Under the pieces are notes generated by a model. It saw only the letters and a program-made list of their open reading frames with translations, was not told the DNA's origin and made no database searches. A DNA stretch of 62,844 bases, filler included, from Choristocarpus tenellus KU-1152 (taxonomy: Eukaryota > Protista > Phaeophyceae): assembly GCA_964200185.2 (NCBI GenBank). It is 11 parts of 11 records of this genome, joined end to end, with 100 filler letters (N's around TTAATTAATTAA, not from the genome) between each part and the next. Parts side by side here need not be neighbours in the genome. Positions count along the whole stretch, not along the records: positions 47,623 to 51,763 come from CAXNAD020016012.1; positions 51,864 to 58,234 come from CAXNAD020008284.1; positions 58,335 to 62,844 come from CAXNAD020014225.1; 8 more parts are not named here. One strand, written 5' to 3'. Position numbers and translations under genes: made by a program. Shown here piece after piece: positions 51,429 to 62,844 of this stretch. The stretch's first letter is position 1. Each line of letters starts with the position of its first letter.

Positions 51429-52175
51429 GTCAATTGAGTTGGGTAGCATTCGACTCTGAAAATTGCATTGAGGCAAGGGGGACGGAACAGTGGTGAACAC
51501 TGAAAACATAGTGTGATATGGGTAATAGGGAGAGAAAGTCGGCGCTTAAAAAATATATGGATGCCACCCTGTGGCCACATTTTTTAGTCTTGAAGAGTAG
51601 AAGTGCATTTATCAGAAAAATTTGTCAACACTCTTCGCGGGTAAGGAAGTAAATGCAAGGAACAACTTGTGTGGTAAGACTATGTGTTTGAGCCGCCTAT
51701 CGAGCTTCACTTTATTCCATCTACAGGAATAGATGATGGAGGGTCAAAGTATCTGGGAGGGGGNNNNNNNNNNNNNNNNNNNNNNNNNNNNNNNNNNNNN
51801 NNNNNNNTTAATTAATTAANNNNNNNNNNNNNNNNNNNNNNNNNNNNNNNNNNNNNNNNNNNNAAGCCACCAACGAAAGGATGGGAAGGCGAAGAATCTC
51901 CCCCGAAACGCGCGCCCCCCCCCCCCCCCCCCCCCCCCAGATACTTTGAGCCTTGTATGGTACAAGCGTTGAAAGCTATGGAAACAGTGTAGTTTGACGA
52001 TTCACAATAATTAGAAATGGGGGCTGATTGGAGGCATGCCCACCCTATCACCCCCACTAGATGGTGTTTTCTCCTCAGTCTTGTACTCTTTTCTGAAGTG
52101 ATATGATCCCCTGTGCCTCTGATTGCCTCCCTCTTCACCTCCCTTTTACCCTTCCATCCACGATCCCACGAAAAG

Positions 52176-55100
52176 GAAACGAAGGAGAGTGAGGCATTGT
52201 GGGCCCAGGAGAGGACAGAACGGATGAGGAGGGTTATGGAGCTTGAGGTGGTCCTACGAAACTCTGAGAAGGTGCCTCAGGGAGAGGGTGAGGGGAGAAA
52301 AGCTGAGGTGCAGATGGGATTCGATAGTTGTGGGGAGGATGCTGTGAAAGGAGGTGAATAGGCATATATATATATATATGTTTTTTTATCCCTTGAGTGC
52401 TATTTTAAAGGCAGATCAGATCGCAATCATTGGCACTGAGAAGCACTTGGTCGTTTTTTTCCTCAATTATGAAGGTCAATTAACGATCACAACCATAGGT
52501 TGTTAAAGAATAATCTGATATTAAAAAAAAAAACGAGTGAAAGTATCTTAGAGGGTACGAGTTTTGCTCTGTTTGTTCATTTGGGGCTTGGCTTCTGATG
52601 GATTTCATATGACAATTTCCTACTCCAAAATGTTTAGGAGTAGGTAAAATGTATACATTATGAAAAGGTGTGTCCAAAACATAGATATTGACACTTCCTA
52701 ACAAACACAATAGCCAAAATTATATAAAAGGATCAATATTGGATTTTGACCCCCAACTGGATGTGGCGCTACCCTCTAAGATACTTTGGGTCAACGTTTT
52801 TGTGTGTAAATGTATATAATTTATTTACAGGCTTGGAAACCTGGCTGGTAAGGAGTGGCTCGTTTCGTTTTCATGTGGGCACACTTTCCAGCATTGACTC
52901 GTTGATAATGTACCAAGACCATCAACCTGATATTCACTGCAAATAATGTTCCTGTAACGATCTTGATCTAATGCCACCAGAGAACGTCCAACACAAAACC
53001 AATGACCTACGTTAGTATCACTTTGTCGTAAAAACTAATGTACTTGTGTATCCGAAATAATACCTATCTCCTCTATAATAGTCTTCATTCACACAAGAGT
53101 TGAAGCATACTCTTGGCAATAGAAAAACAAGCATCCCTGTTTTAGTGACAAAGAGGGAAGCTTAGCACCTCTTGTCTTACATCTCTACATTGGTCTCTGT
53201 TCAGTTGTTGAAGGGATCCGCATTGAGTGTAACCAGCATCTATCACTGTAGCCCAGCATGCCTATTCTTGAGCGAAAGTGTGGTCCATTTATTAAAATTG
53301 TACGGCTTCTGCCCTAACCCTAACCACTCCAGCAATTTCAAAAACATATTTAATCAAAATACACCATTATGCACAATTAAGGCAGTGGAAGTTGTGGGGT
53401 GATATTGCCGAGATGTATTGCCCCACATTCTGACACCCCACCCCTACCGAACTGCTCTGGTGTACTGCTTCCCTTTGAAGGCAGCAGCTAAGGCCAAAGG
53501 AGAGACACAGCAGAGAGAGGAGTCTCTCCAGGTCAGAAATGCAGAGGTTGCAGAGCTGAAGGCAGACAAGGCAAGACATATGTGCAGATGTTGTCTTCAC
53601 CAGATATCACGTGCAATGGGCAACACTCCAAAAAAAGAGCTCTATCTATAGCACAGTTGTAGCAGTGCTCTGGCTTGACTAAAAAATGAGAAGTTGCCAA
53701 AATACAGCACCAAGTTGGTAAGACAAGCTACATTCTGAATCATGGGCAGCGGGTCCTGGATTCAGGAATGAAGCTAGTTATACTAATTTCGGACCAAGCC
53801 CTGGATGGGTCCCGTGGTCCATTTCTGACACACCTGCAATCCCTTTTTGAACACTGAAACAACGCATGCATGAACATGAACGCTTCTCTAAATCAGTGGC
53901 ATCTAATTATTCTATAAAGCCTTCCTGTACTGTAGAATGAGGTACCCAACTGAACCCAGCATGCTCCATCCCACTGCTGTGGAATCCATGTGCAACCGGG
54001 GATTGTGGAAGCCTCAGATGGCGCTGAACGCTAGTTTAGCGGATTTTCAGGGTAGGGTCTCTGCTCTGGAGGGCCTGATTGCTTCCCTGGAGCAGGATTT
54101 AGAGGTGGGGAAGGAATTGGATACTCAAGGGTTAGGGCTCGGATTAGGAATACAGTGAGAGAGACTAAGGTACAACACACACAGGATTTAGCTATCTCTT
54201 GATGTAGTTGTCTTTCTGACTGATAAGCTTGCAAGTGGCAAAGCTGTTCCCTGCGTAGATGTTGGTGGAGGAAACACGAAGTGGTTGTCAGAATCTTTTG
54301 CTCAACAAAATTTCTTTGGTGAGGGAATCGATCATGTTGACAGCCTCCACATTCCGACCGACCACTGTTGTTCCAGGCTTACTCAAACTTCCAAGTGTAT
54401 GTGCGCGACACCCACTGATATTTCCCTGCCATGACAGGTAGCTCTTGAGGTCTCAACCCCAGCAGTGCAATAATCTATTTAGTATATAGGTATATCAACC
54501 CCAGCAATTTATAGTTATGTCCTCAACTCGCCATACATCCAACCTTGTCTATATTGTCCCTCCACACTGTTTCCTCCTACCTCCTCCCCTTTGCTTTACC
54601 ATTGTCCATAAACATTGCTTCCCATATAACACCCCAAATTTATGCACTGGTGGGGTGATGCAGGAGGCTAAGTACGACGGAGAAGAAGCACAGGCAATGG
54701 CCAAGAAGCGGGGGGATTCCCTAGTGGAGAGACTTCGAGAGATTCAGGGCGAGATGGCTTTAGAGCGGGCGGAAATGCTTGGTCTTCGTGCTGCACAGGA
54801 GACTGGTTTGTGCTACTCCGGATTGATATATTCGAATAGATTGAGATTTTATTCCTGTTGTCTTGAAGTTTGACTTTGGCTTGCTGCTGATAGTGCGAGT
54901 TATGATTGTGCACCACCAACACCGTGATGACTTCCACTCCAGTATCAAGGGGTTCGGATGATGATTGGTGAAATGCGCTCCTGTAGAAATCAAGGTAGAG
55001 CTCTACAATTAAAGTTGCTGTGGGTTCACCAGAAAGTTCTGAGTCTTAATCTTTTGATCTAGTAATGAAGACTTCAATCCCATTCGCTGGATTTCCTCTA

Positions 55101-56658
55101 GGGAATAATTTACTACCAACAAGTACCTCCACCACTTAAAGTAGTTGGATAGCTACACCAAGATGTGAGCAGCTCCACCACGCATGCACCAACCGCAGGT
55201 GAAGCTGTTCCTTACCCTCCTCACAATCCTTCTCCCACCTCCTCCTCCAGCGAGTCTCCAGATTGAGGATCGAGAGGCTGAGATATTGTCCCTGAAGTCC
55301 CATTTGGCTTCTGTTGAGAGTGAACGGGATGCACTTCTCTCTGAGACTCCAAGGCTCCGGAGTGAGAATGTGGACTAGCAAAAAAATGGAATATTAGTAC
55401 CTGAGTTGAACCAGGACTGTGCAATTTAGAAACAATTGTCTTAGTTGAGCAACAATACACAAACTAATAACCTTGCCTTGGTGTTGTCCACGCACTGTCA
55501 TTAGCAGTCACCACCCTCCAATCCTATCCTCCTTGATTTTCTATTTTTCTGGATTGATGGAAGCTGTTTCTTGATTGCCATGCTTTTATCAAATTTGAAT
55601 GTGAGAAGGAGAGAAGTCGGGTCATAGAGGGGGTGCGAGATGGCACTACATCATCAGCACTCAAAAGAAAGATGGCATTCGCAGTTTCAATCGCCTCACC
55701 ACACAAAATATGCTTATGCTGGCACGGCACACCTCTAACAAACACCTTTTGTCCCCATTAGGTTTCCCTTGGTCCTGATATCTCCCAGTTTCTCCTACAC
55801 TTCTCATCTTCGTACTTCCCCTGTTATATGCCACCCTCTGCTCGGCTTCACAACCTGACCCTACACCAATAGACCTCTCCCAGGAGAAGGAGAGACAGTG
55901 CCTGCAGCTTGAGGGTAGGGGGAAGGACCTGGAGAATCGAGCAGCAGAAGAGGCCAGGCGGGCAAGGTGTGCTTTCGCATATGTCCCAAAAGTGCAAACT
56001 ACAAAGGTTTTCCAGCTTGCTACGGTTTTTATTGTGTCTGTTTGTCACATCTGTTTCTTTTTTTTGCCATGTGGATGGAAAAGATCCAATCGTTGGAATA
56101 GCCCTACTGCATGTCAACCGTGGCCTCACTCCGTGATCAAAATGGTCCTCCTCCCCCTCTTGGACTATTAATTAATTTTCTCTCCTCTCTTCTTGCTCAG
56201 GAACAACTTTGTGCAGCTAGTATTTATAGAGGGGGCGTGCAATTGACTTTGTAAGCAATGAAGGAGCATCCATCCACTGTCCACACGACTCTGCATCATC
56301 GCCATCCCTTAAACCACCATCTCTGTCCATTCTGACCATCCTTATCATACCCTCCATGCATGGTTGCAGCTATCTTGAACGGGAGGTGAAACGTCTAAGG
56401 GCGGACCTGTCTCGCTCGGTTGCAACAGTTCAAAGACATATAGCTGCGGCTGACCCCCGAAGCCCTGCTGCCATGCTGGTTGCTGATCCTCCTTTCTATG
56501 CTGGTGGAGGAGGTCACGACATCATAGGGATGGAGGAATTGGATGTGCCAGGGATTGGGTCAACAGGGATGGGGAAAGTGGGAAGTAGGGAAGGGGATTG
56601 GAGTAATGCAAGTGGATTTGAAGGCTCTTTGTTGGAAGGTGATGGAGGGAACGGATGA
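52176..56658 (+). CDS. Coiled-coil protein, 3' exons (about 52176-52271, 53481-53531/53570, 54051-54103, 54664-54806, 55251-55361, 55873-55966, 56370-56658)
   Basis: E/R/A/L-rich exons bounded by AG/GT (ERTERMRRVMELEVVL; GRVSALEGLIASLEQDLE; YLEREVKRLRADL); stop at 56658. Confidence 0.7.
52535..52792 (+). mobile_element. MITE subfamily A, full length, TSD AAC
   Basis: Both TIRs and hairpin. Confidence 0.95.
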
Positions 56659-57240
56659 ATGCAGAAGTTGAAGATCTCTGGGTTTGGAGTAAATGAGGTT
56701 ACATCAACATTATCGTTGTGTATCGTGAGTGTTTCATCTGGTATTGAAAAATATGTGCCAAGTTGGTTTGTGGAAGAGTGACCACTTGACAGAGAAGAGT
56801 TTGCTCATGTATTTATGGTCATGAAGTTCTATTGGTGCAGCTGTTTTTGACTGACAAAAGAGAACTATTGCTTTGTGAAGTTGGATGCAAGAGCGCATTT
56901 CCACGCTGTAGTCATGAGGGGGTATGATACCCTGAGGTTATGACACGATGCATCGGACGACTGAGAATTTCGTGCGTATTATCACACCGCTTGTTTGGAA
57001 CTGTAAAAATAGAGCAAATTAGTGCAGTTTGGACAATCGTAATTTTGTCTTGGGCATGAAGAATAACAGCGCATCCACACTCTCCCTACATACACACTCA
57101 CTCATTCAATGTCGGAACCACAGAGAATGAGCAACCTGATCCATGAGGCCAGACAAGCTGTGCAGACCTTCCTTGATTTCAAGCAGTCGGTTGGCTCTTG
57201 TTGTTGCTGCTGCTTCATTGAATTATATTCTACAATGAAA

Positions 57241-57401
57241 AGTAGGTAAAATGTATACGTTATGAAAAGGTGTATCCAGAACAAGCATGTGGACACTTCC
57301 TAACAAACATGATAGCCAATATTACATCAAAATCGCAACACTGGATTTTGAACCCCAAATGGACGCAGCTCTACCCTCTACCCTCTAAGATACTTTGGCT
57401 C
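57241..57401 (+). mobile_element. MITE subfamily A, right half starting inside the hairpin
   Basis: AGTAGGTAAAATG...CTACCCTCTACCCTCTAAGATACTTTGGCTC. Confidence 0.9.
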
Positions 57402-58079
57402 ATATGTTCAACATAAAGGGGAGATATAGGGGTATTATTTGCAGAATGCTTTGAGGTAGAAGAGGTGAGTATTGTAAAATATTCCACACAGACTACTAGG
57501 CTCAAAATATCTTGGGAGGGAGGGGGGGGGGGTCTACACCAGGGTCACACACTTCTCCGAAAGTAATTTTATTCTTGAATAGAACCAAGTGAGACGTAGA
57601 CTGGGTTGCATTTTAAGGATCCAGAAAATGGGCAAAAGTATGTATTTTGTACAATTGCAGAGAGAACCATGTCGATATTGCGTACACTATTGTAGACACA
57701 AAGCAATGAAATAGAGAGTATTGCACAGGGCAAAAAAGATGGCTTGAAACGATTCAAAAGAGTCCAAACCTGCCTACCTCTAAATCAGTTTCACTCAATA
57801 TAGTACGCCCACTGACATCTTGCAGATGAGGTTTAGAGGGGCGTGGGGGCGGCGGCGAGCAACCAACGACGTAGGGAACACAACAAACACAACAAAAGCA
57901 AAGTCTGTACTGCCTGAAACACCAACCTTGTGTTGTTCAGGAAGAGTATGAACCCTAAAAAATGTTGCTCCTTTCCTCGTTAAATTATAATATTTTGCCC
58001 AAACCTTCAGCACCTTGGAGGTGGTGAGGCCGAATAGGAAGTGGGCCTAGCATGTCGCCTTGTGCTCCAGACCTGGAAA

Positions 58080-58234
58080 GGCTCAAAGTATTTGGGGGCG
58101 AGGTGGCGGCTGTCCACTTGGGGTCAATTTTTTCATGTCACCATTTTTTGGTGGTTTGGTTGCATACGTCGGATGGATAATGTAAATACACTTTTCCTGA
58201 TTTTGATCCAAATGGACACCCTGGTGTAGACCCC
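58080..58234 (+). mobile_element. MITE subfamily C, nearly complete (contig end); opposite-end fragment at 57499-57545
   Basis: Colinear with 13728-13910. Confidence 0.9.
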
Positions 58235-58406
58235 NNNNNNNNNNNNNNNNNNNNNNNNNNNNNNNNNNNNNNNNNNNNTTAATTAATTAANNNNNNNNNN
58301 NNNNNNNNNNNNNNNNNNNNNNNNNNNNNNNNNNAGAAGAGTACATACTAGTAGCACATAGTATGCCACAATAGCCCCTACCCACACCCCCCCCCCCCCT
58401 CCCAAC

Positions 58407-61385
58407 CTCTTCTGCATCCAGGTTGCCCCTTCGAGCCAAAAACTTGAGGATGTTGTAGTCGCATTGCTGGGCAGCCACGTGTATGCAAGTGTTCCCATGC
58501 CTGTCCTTCTCTGAGACCTCTTCATAAAACGGTTCCAAGAGGGTCGCCACGTCCATCGCTCCTCCCTGAAAACAAAAAAAAAATCACCAAACAATCGCCA
58601 GAAATAGGTGCAACTCCTTTTATTTTTTTAAATGTTCGGAAATATAGCGAGGCTATGAAAAAATAAATAAAACAAGCAATACATTATTGAGAGAACTACT
58701 TTGAAATGTCAAGAAATGATGAGGATAAAAAACAAAAATAAATACAACAAGAAGCACTGGAGGAAGGGGCTGCATTAAGAAATTAAAATAATGTTGCTAT
58801 CACCAAGATTTTTTTTTATAATTAGTTCCACAACACCACTTCTCAGCACATATATGGTGTTTCTTACAACAACATAACATAACTTTTCTTAACACCATAA
58901 ATAAACAGAAAATTAACCACAAGAAAAAAAAGGTAGAAATGAAGTATTGACTTTTTTTTTTGAACTAGAAAAAAAATTAGTTTTGTGACTTATCACTACC
59001 CCCCGTAAAACATGAAAAAAAAAGATGTTGCCCTCTCCACAGGAAATAAAATAACTAATACCAATACACCAACCACTCTCAACCTTTCAGACCCCCCCCC
59101 CTGCCTATCGAACATCTAGACTGTGAGAAGCAAACCCCATACATTAATGACATAGGGTAGCTCCAAGAGAGAGAGAGAGAGGGAGATAGATAGATAGAAT
59201 AGAGACTATAATAGCAGGCAAGGAAGAAGGGCGAGAAAGAAAAAAAGAAAAAAAATTATACGGTACCTGGCAGGCGGCATGAAGTAAACTCCCATAGCTG
59301 CGGGTTGGATCATGGCGATCCCTGATGAACAGCAACTCGGGCCACATTTTAATGATCCTGAACAGACAGAGGCAAGGGTCAGGCGAACCAAAGCCAAAAC
59401 TAAGGGCAAGAGATTGCCTCAGCAAAGTATCAGCAGGCTTCGTTCTTTCAATCAAGATCGCCGATCCAATACTCCAACTAAGTCCACGAGAGGAAGAGGC
59501 AAGGAAGGCGTTGAGCGTTGACGTTAAATCTGTTAATCGTGCTCCACCACAAGAGATCACGATTCAGTCCCCAATTCACACACCAGAAAAAATATAAAAA
59601 ATATATATAAAAAATAGAAAATCACAAGACGGACCACAAAGAAATTTCCACAAGCCAAGATAATGATGCACCGGCTCTATCTATTGGTCCCCAGTACTGG
59701 GGACAAAACTTGGCTGGGGTGCCTCGAATTTGCAGAAACTGTCAACATCCTTCTGATGATGGGGCACTTGGTCAAGACACATGTGGAATGTTTCTGCTGA
59801 TTATCAAACACTTCAACTCATACCCCTCACGACATCCACACATGACAGGCCGACAATCCAATTGCCACCCTACAGTCTTCAATAAACACAAAAACTTAAC
59901 TGTAAATGTAACTGTCAACATAACCGTAAACACAACAGTAACTGCAAATGTAACAGAAAAGTAACTGTAACCAAAACAACCATCTACTGCAACACAATAA
60001 GAAACGAGAATGGCCCCTACAGATTGGATTGGTTCCAAACCAAAGTACGCTAGAGAGAAACACTCTCTCGGGCAAACAAAAATTCTCCAGCGAGGATTAA
60101 CCCACATACACACAATCCTATTATGAACAAAAAAACATACACAGAGACCAGAGAGAATCACGGCAACGCTTCCACCACACACCATACGAAAAGCCCTAAC
60201 CCTAACCCTAACCTTAAGCTTTGCCACAGAAAAGATCATTCTTATCACACCTACCTGCACACATCGAGAGAGAGAGAGAGAGAGAGAGATCACGGCCAAG
60301 ACTACTGTGCCACAATTGCAGCCCCATCAATAACAACTCGGTCACATCTGCCGAAACCAAGACACCATCAACCAAACAAACACCTAAATACATACATAAT
60401 ACATAATAATACATAAATACATACATACATAAATATATACACTCCCTTTTCTCAGCATCAATTCTAACAGTTTGCAAGGTGGACTCTAAGCGCACAAAAT
60501 GGAATAATATATATTTTTTCCCAGGGGGGTCTTGAACCAACCCATTTGATCACATTCACCCCCAAAATCTCAGAAAAAAAATAAATCAAAGTCTGACTCA
60601 GTAGACCTATCCCACGTCGCCCGCAGCCATGCCACACGAAATGCCTGCCTAAGACACCATTGAAACCCAATCCTCAAACTATTTAAGCCTACGCTTGGCA
60701 GAGGAAATACTTACATTAATATGTATGTACTACAGTAGTACTTACATTGATATTATACACTACATTAGTGCTTACATTGATATTAAACACTAAAGTAGTA
60801 CTTACAAAGAAAAATATAAACCCGTAGAGTCAATACTCCTGTATCACTCCCTAATCAAAAAGTTATCCAATCCATCTCCCAAACTAACTACACTACAACC
60901 ACAGACCACCCCAAACAAGAATGCCAAAAAAAGACGTACGGCCTACTATCAGGGTACACGAACCAAACCCTAACCCTAACCCCATGGTGGTACAGCATCA
61001 ACCACTTTCTCACCCAATCACGCCAGCAGTATCACCATCCCTGGCTGCATCAAACAGGTCCATTGCATAGTCCTCCAAAGAGCGGTTACGCAAGAAAGCT
61101 ATAACGGCCACCTTAGAAAAAAAAACGCACACAGAACATACGTACACATAAAATCAAGAATAAAAAAACCCCATACTATGTGCTACCCAAGAAACTAAAC
61201 AACGACAGCATGATATACCTATCACAAACAATAATAAAAATATAAATAATACATACTAAAAAAAACATAACCTTACTATATGATCCACATCCTACGCCCA
61301 AACCAGCAATAAATAATAATACAAAATAATACATACCCAAAAAAAATATAATCCTACATATACTCCACATCCTAGTCCTCAACGA

Positions 61386-61421
<36 letters not shown>

Positions 61422-61924
61422 TATTTGTTTCGCCCCCCTGAAACTAACCCCATTCACTCTAAAACAAAACGCACAACACACACACACACATACACACACA
61501 CACACACAACACACAAACACACGCACAACACAAACACACAACACACACAACACACAACGCACACACAAACACATACACACACACACACAACACACAAACA
61601 CACGCACAACACAAACACACAACACACACAATACACAACACACAACGCACACACAAACACATACACACATACACACACAAACACACAAACAAACACACAA
61701 CACAAACGCACGCGCACTCATGGTGATGACGGACTTCCTGCACAACCCTGCAAATCATTAACCAACGCCTTTCAACACATGCACACCTGAATCCGTCTCG
61801 CTGCAGACCATCTTCTCCTCTGCTCAGCACGTACCGCCATTCCTCTCCACAACGCCTGAACCGCCACAACAGCACCAACGTCCTCGTAGTACTGAAACCT
61901 AGCCAACACCCCTCGTGCCACAGA
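58407..61924 (-). CDS. IQ-motif + ankyrin-repeat protein (possibly a myosin neck/tail); exons 61924-61787, 61111-61014, 59357-59267, 58565-58407
   Basis: VQALWRGMAVR...AARRIQ|VAVIAFLRNR...LFDAARDGD..|IIKMWPELLFIRD...SLLHAACQ|GG...KDRHGNTCIHVAAQQ; phases 0/2/0 consistent. Confidence 0.82.
61465..61717. repeat. Compound CA/CAA satellite with a higher-order period
   Basis: Direct reading; intronic. Confidence 0.9.
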
Positions 61925-61964
61925 CTTCCAAAAAAAACAAAACAACAGATTTTATTTATTATAC

Positions 61965-62000
<36 letters not shown>

Positions 62001-62844
62001 AAATCGGTGAACAAAAAAAAAAGAAGCACTGTGCCGTTATTTTTCTGAAAAAAATAAAAACATGAATAAATTACACGGGAAGATTCAAAATCCACACGTA
62101 CAATCTTGATACGCGCATAAAATATGCATAATATTCTATTGTCAGATATATATTTTTTTGTTCCTTGACACTTTTTTTCTTTCTTTTGGCAGGTTTTCAC
62201 CAGCAGCGTGTGTCTCGCATCACTACCGTTGTTGAAATATTTTTTTTAACAATGAAATAATAAAAGAGAGGCACATAATAAAAATAATTTCAACCACCAG
62301 TACATACTACTGTTTGCAGTGTATCTGAAGAGCATACATATTATGAACATATTCATACCGCACATACAATATACCTGCTCTTACACTATACCTAAAAAGA
62401 GTAAAAAAAAATGGACTGATGGAACAAAAAGATCAATACAAATTTCTACTCCACGTATTCTGACTAAGGCACACAGGAGCGACATACTGAAACACATACA
62501 AACACAAACGCATACGCTAATTTCTATCATCCTCCCACTCTAGATAAAGGGCGTTCCTTGATGCAGAGGCATTTCTGCCAGTTGTAACTGACTGCGATAC
62601 TTAGAATACAAAAAACATTAAAATAAAATATCATAAACATGTTGGGAACGCCATGCACACTATTTTCTTATGAAAAACATGAAAAAAAAAATCTTCTCAT
62701 CCATACAAAAAAACATAATGAAAAATGCAAAACAAAAAATTCGAACATACATACATATTTGTATTTATTTTATACACATATACCTATTGGCCAGAGACGC
62801 AAGGCTCAACACTTGTGACCCAGCGTATCTGGGAAGGGGGGGGG

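Noticed and set aside
10745-52792. MITEs as Introner-type intron-generating elements
   Set aside because: The copies lie within existing introns, TEs or intergenic DNA; none forms an intron between coding exons.
4113-52946. Recurrent peptide YPLRYF / YPPRYF in many ORFs
   Set aside because: Translation of the MITE TIR (TACCCTCTAAGATACTTT), not a protein family.
3550-58334. Regularly recurring TTAATTAATTAA palindrome
   Set aside because: Artificial six-frame-stop linker inside N runs.
61419-61995. Cys/Val- and His/Thr-rich ORFs
   Set aside because: Translations of the CA satellite.
1-62844. Fanzor/TnpB, viral or CRISPR-associated genes
   Set aside because: No RuvC, capsid, polymerase or cas motifs recognisable by eye; a profile search would be needed to exclude decayed copies.

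Overview
Eukaryotic genomic DNA, very probably from a brown alga: there is an intact alginate-pathway GDP-mannose dehydrogenase, flagellar genes and GT-AG introns. CpG decay in the repeats hints at an early-diverging lineage that methylates DNA (inference). The window is 11 unrelated contigs joined by an artificial N-TTAATTAATTAA-N linker. Spliced genes read by eye: TOR-like kinase 5' exons head-to-head with prefoldin 4; a decayed glycosyltransferase-like gene with a repeated Cys domain; ZMYND10 (with a GC-AG intron); an M17 aminopeptidase last exon; a complete 3-exon GDP-mannose dehydrogenase; EGF/mastigoneme-like exons; a coiled-coil gene; an IQ+ankyrin gene. The rest is transposon debris (Gypsy, Copia, chromovirus, RLE-LINE, mariner). 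The dominant unexplained structure is an abundant superfamily of non-autonomous DNA elements: about 29 whole, partial or terminal copies in at least 5 subfamilies sharing the terminus G-N4-AAAGTATCT. Its TSDs are sequence-nonspecific and 3 or 4 bp long, confirmed by restoring host reading frames, and its central hairpin module differs between subfamilies. No matching transposase is visible.
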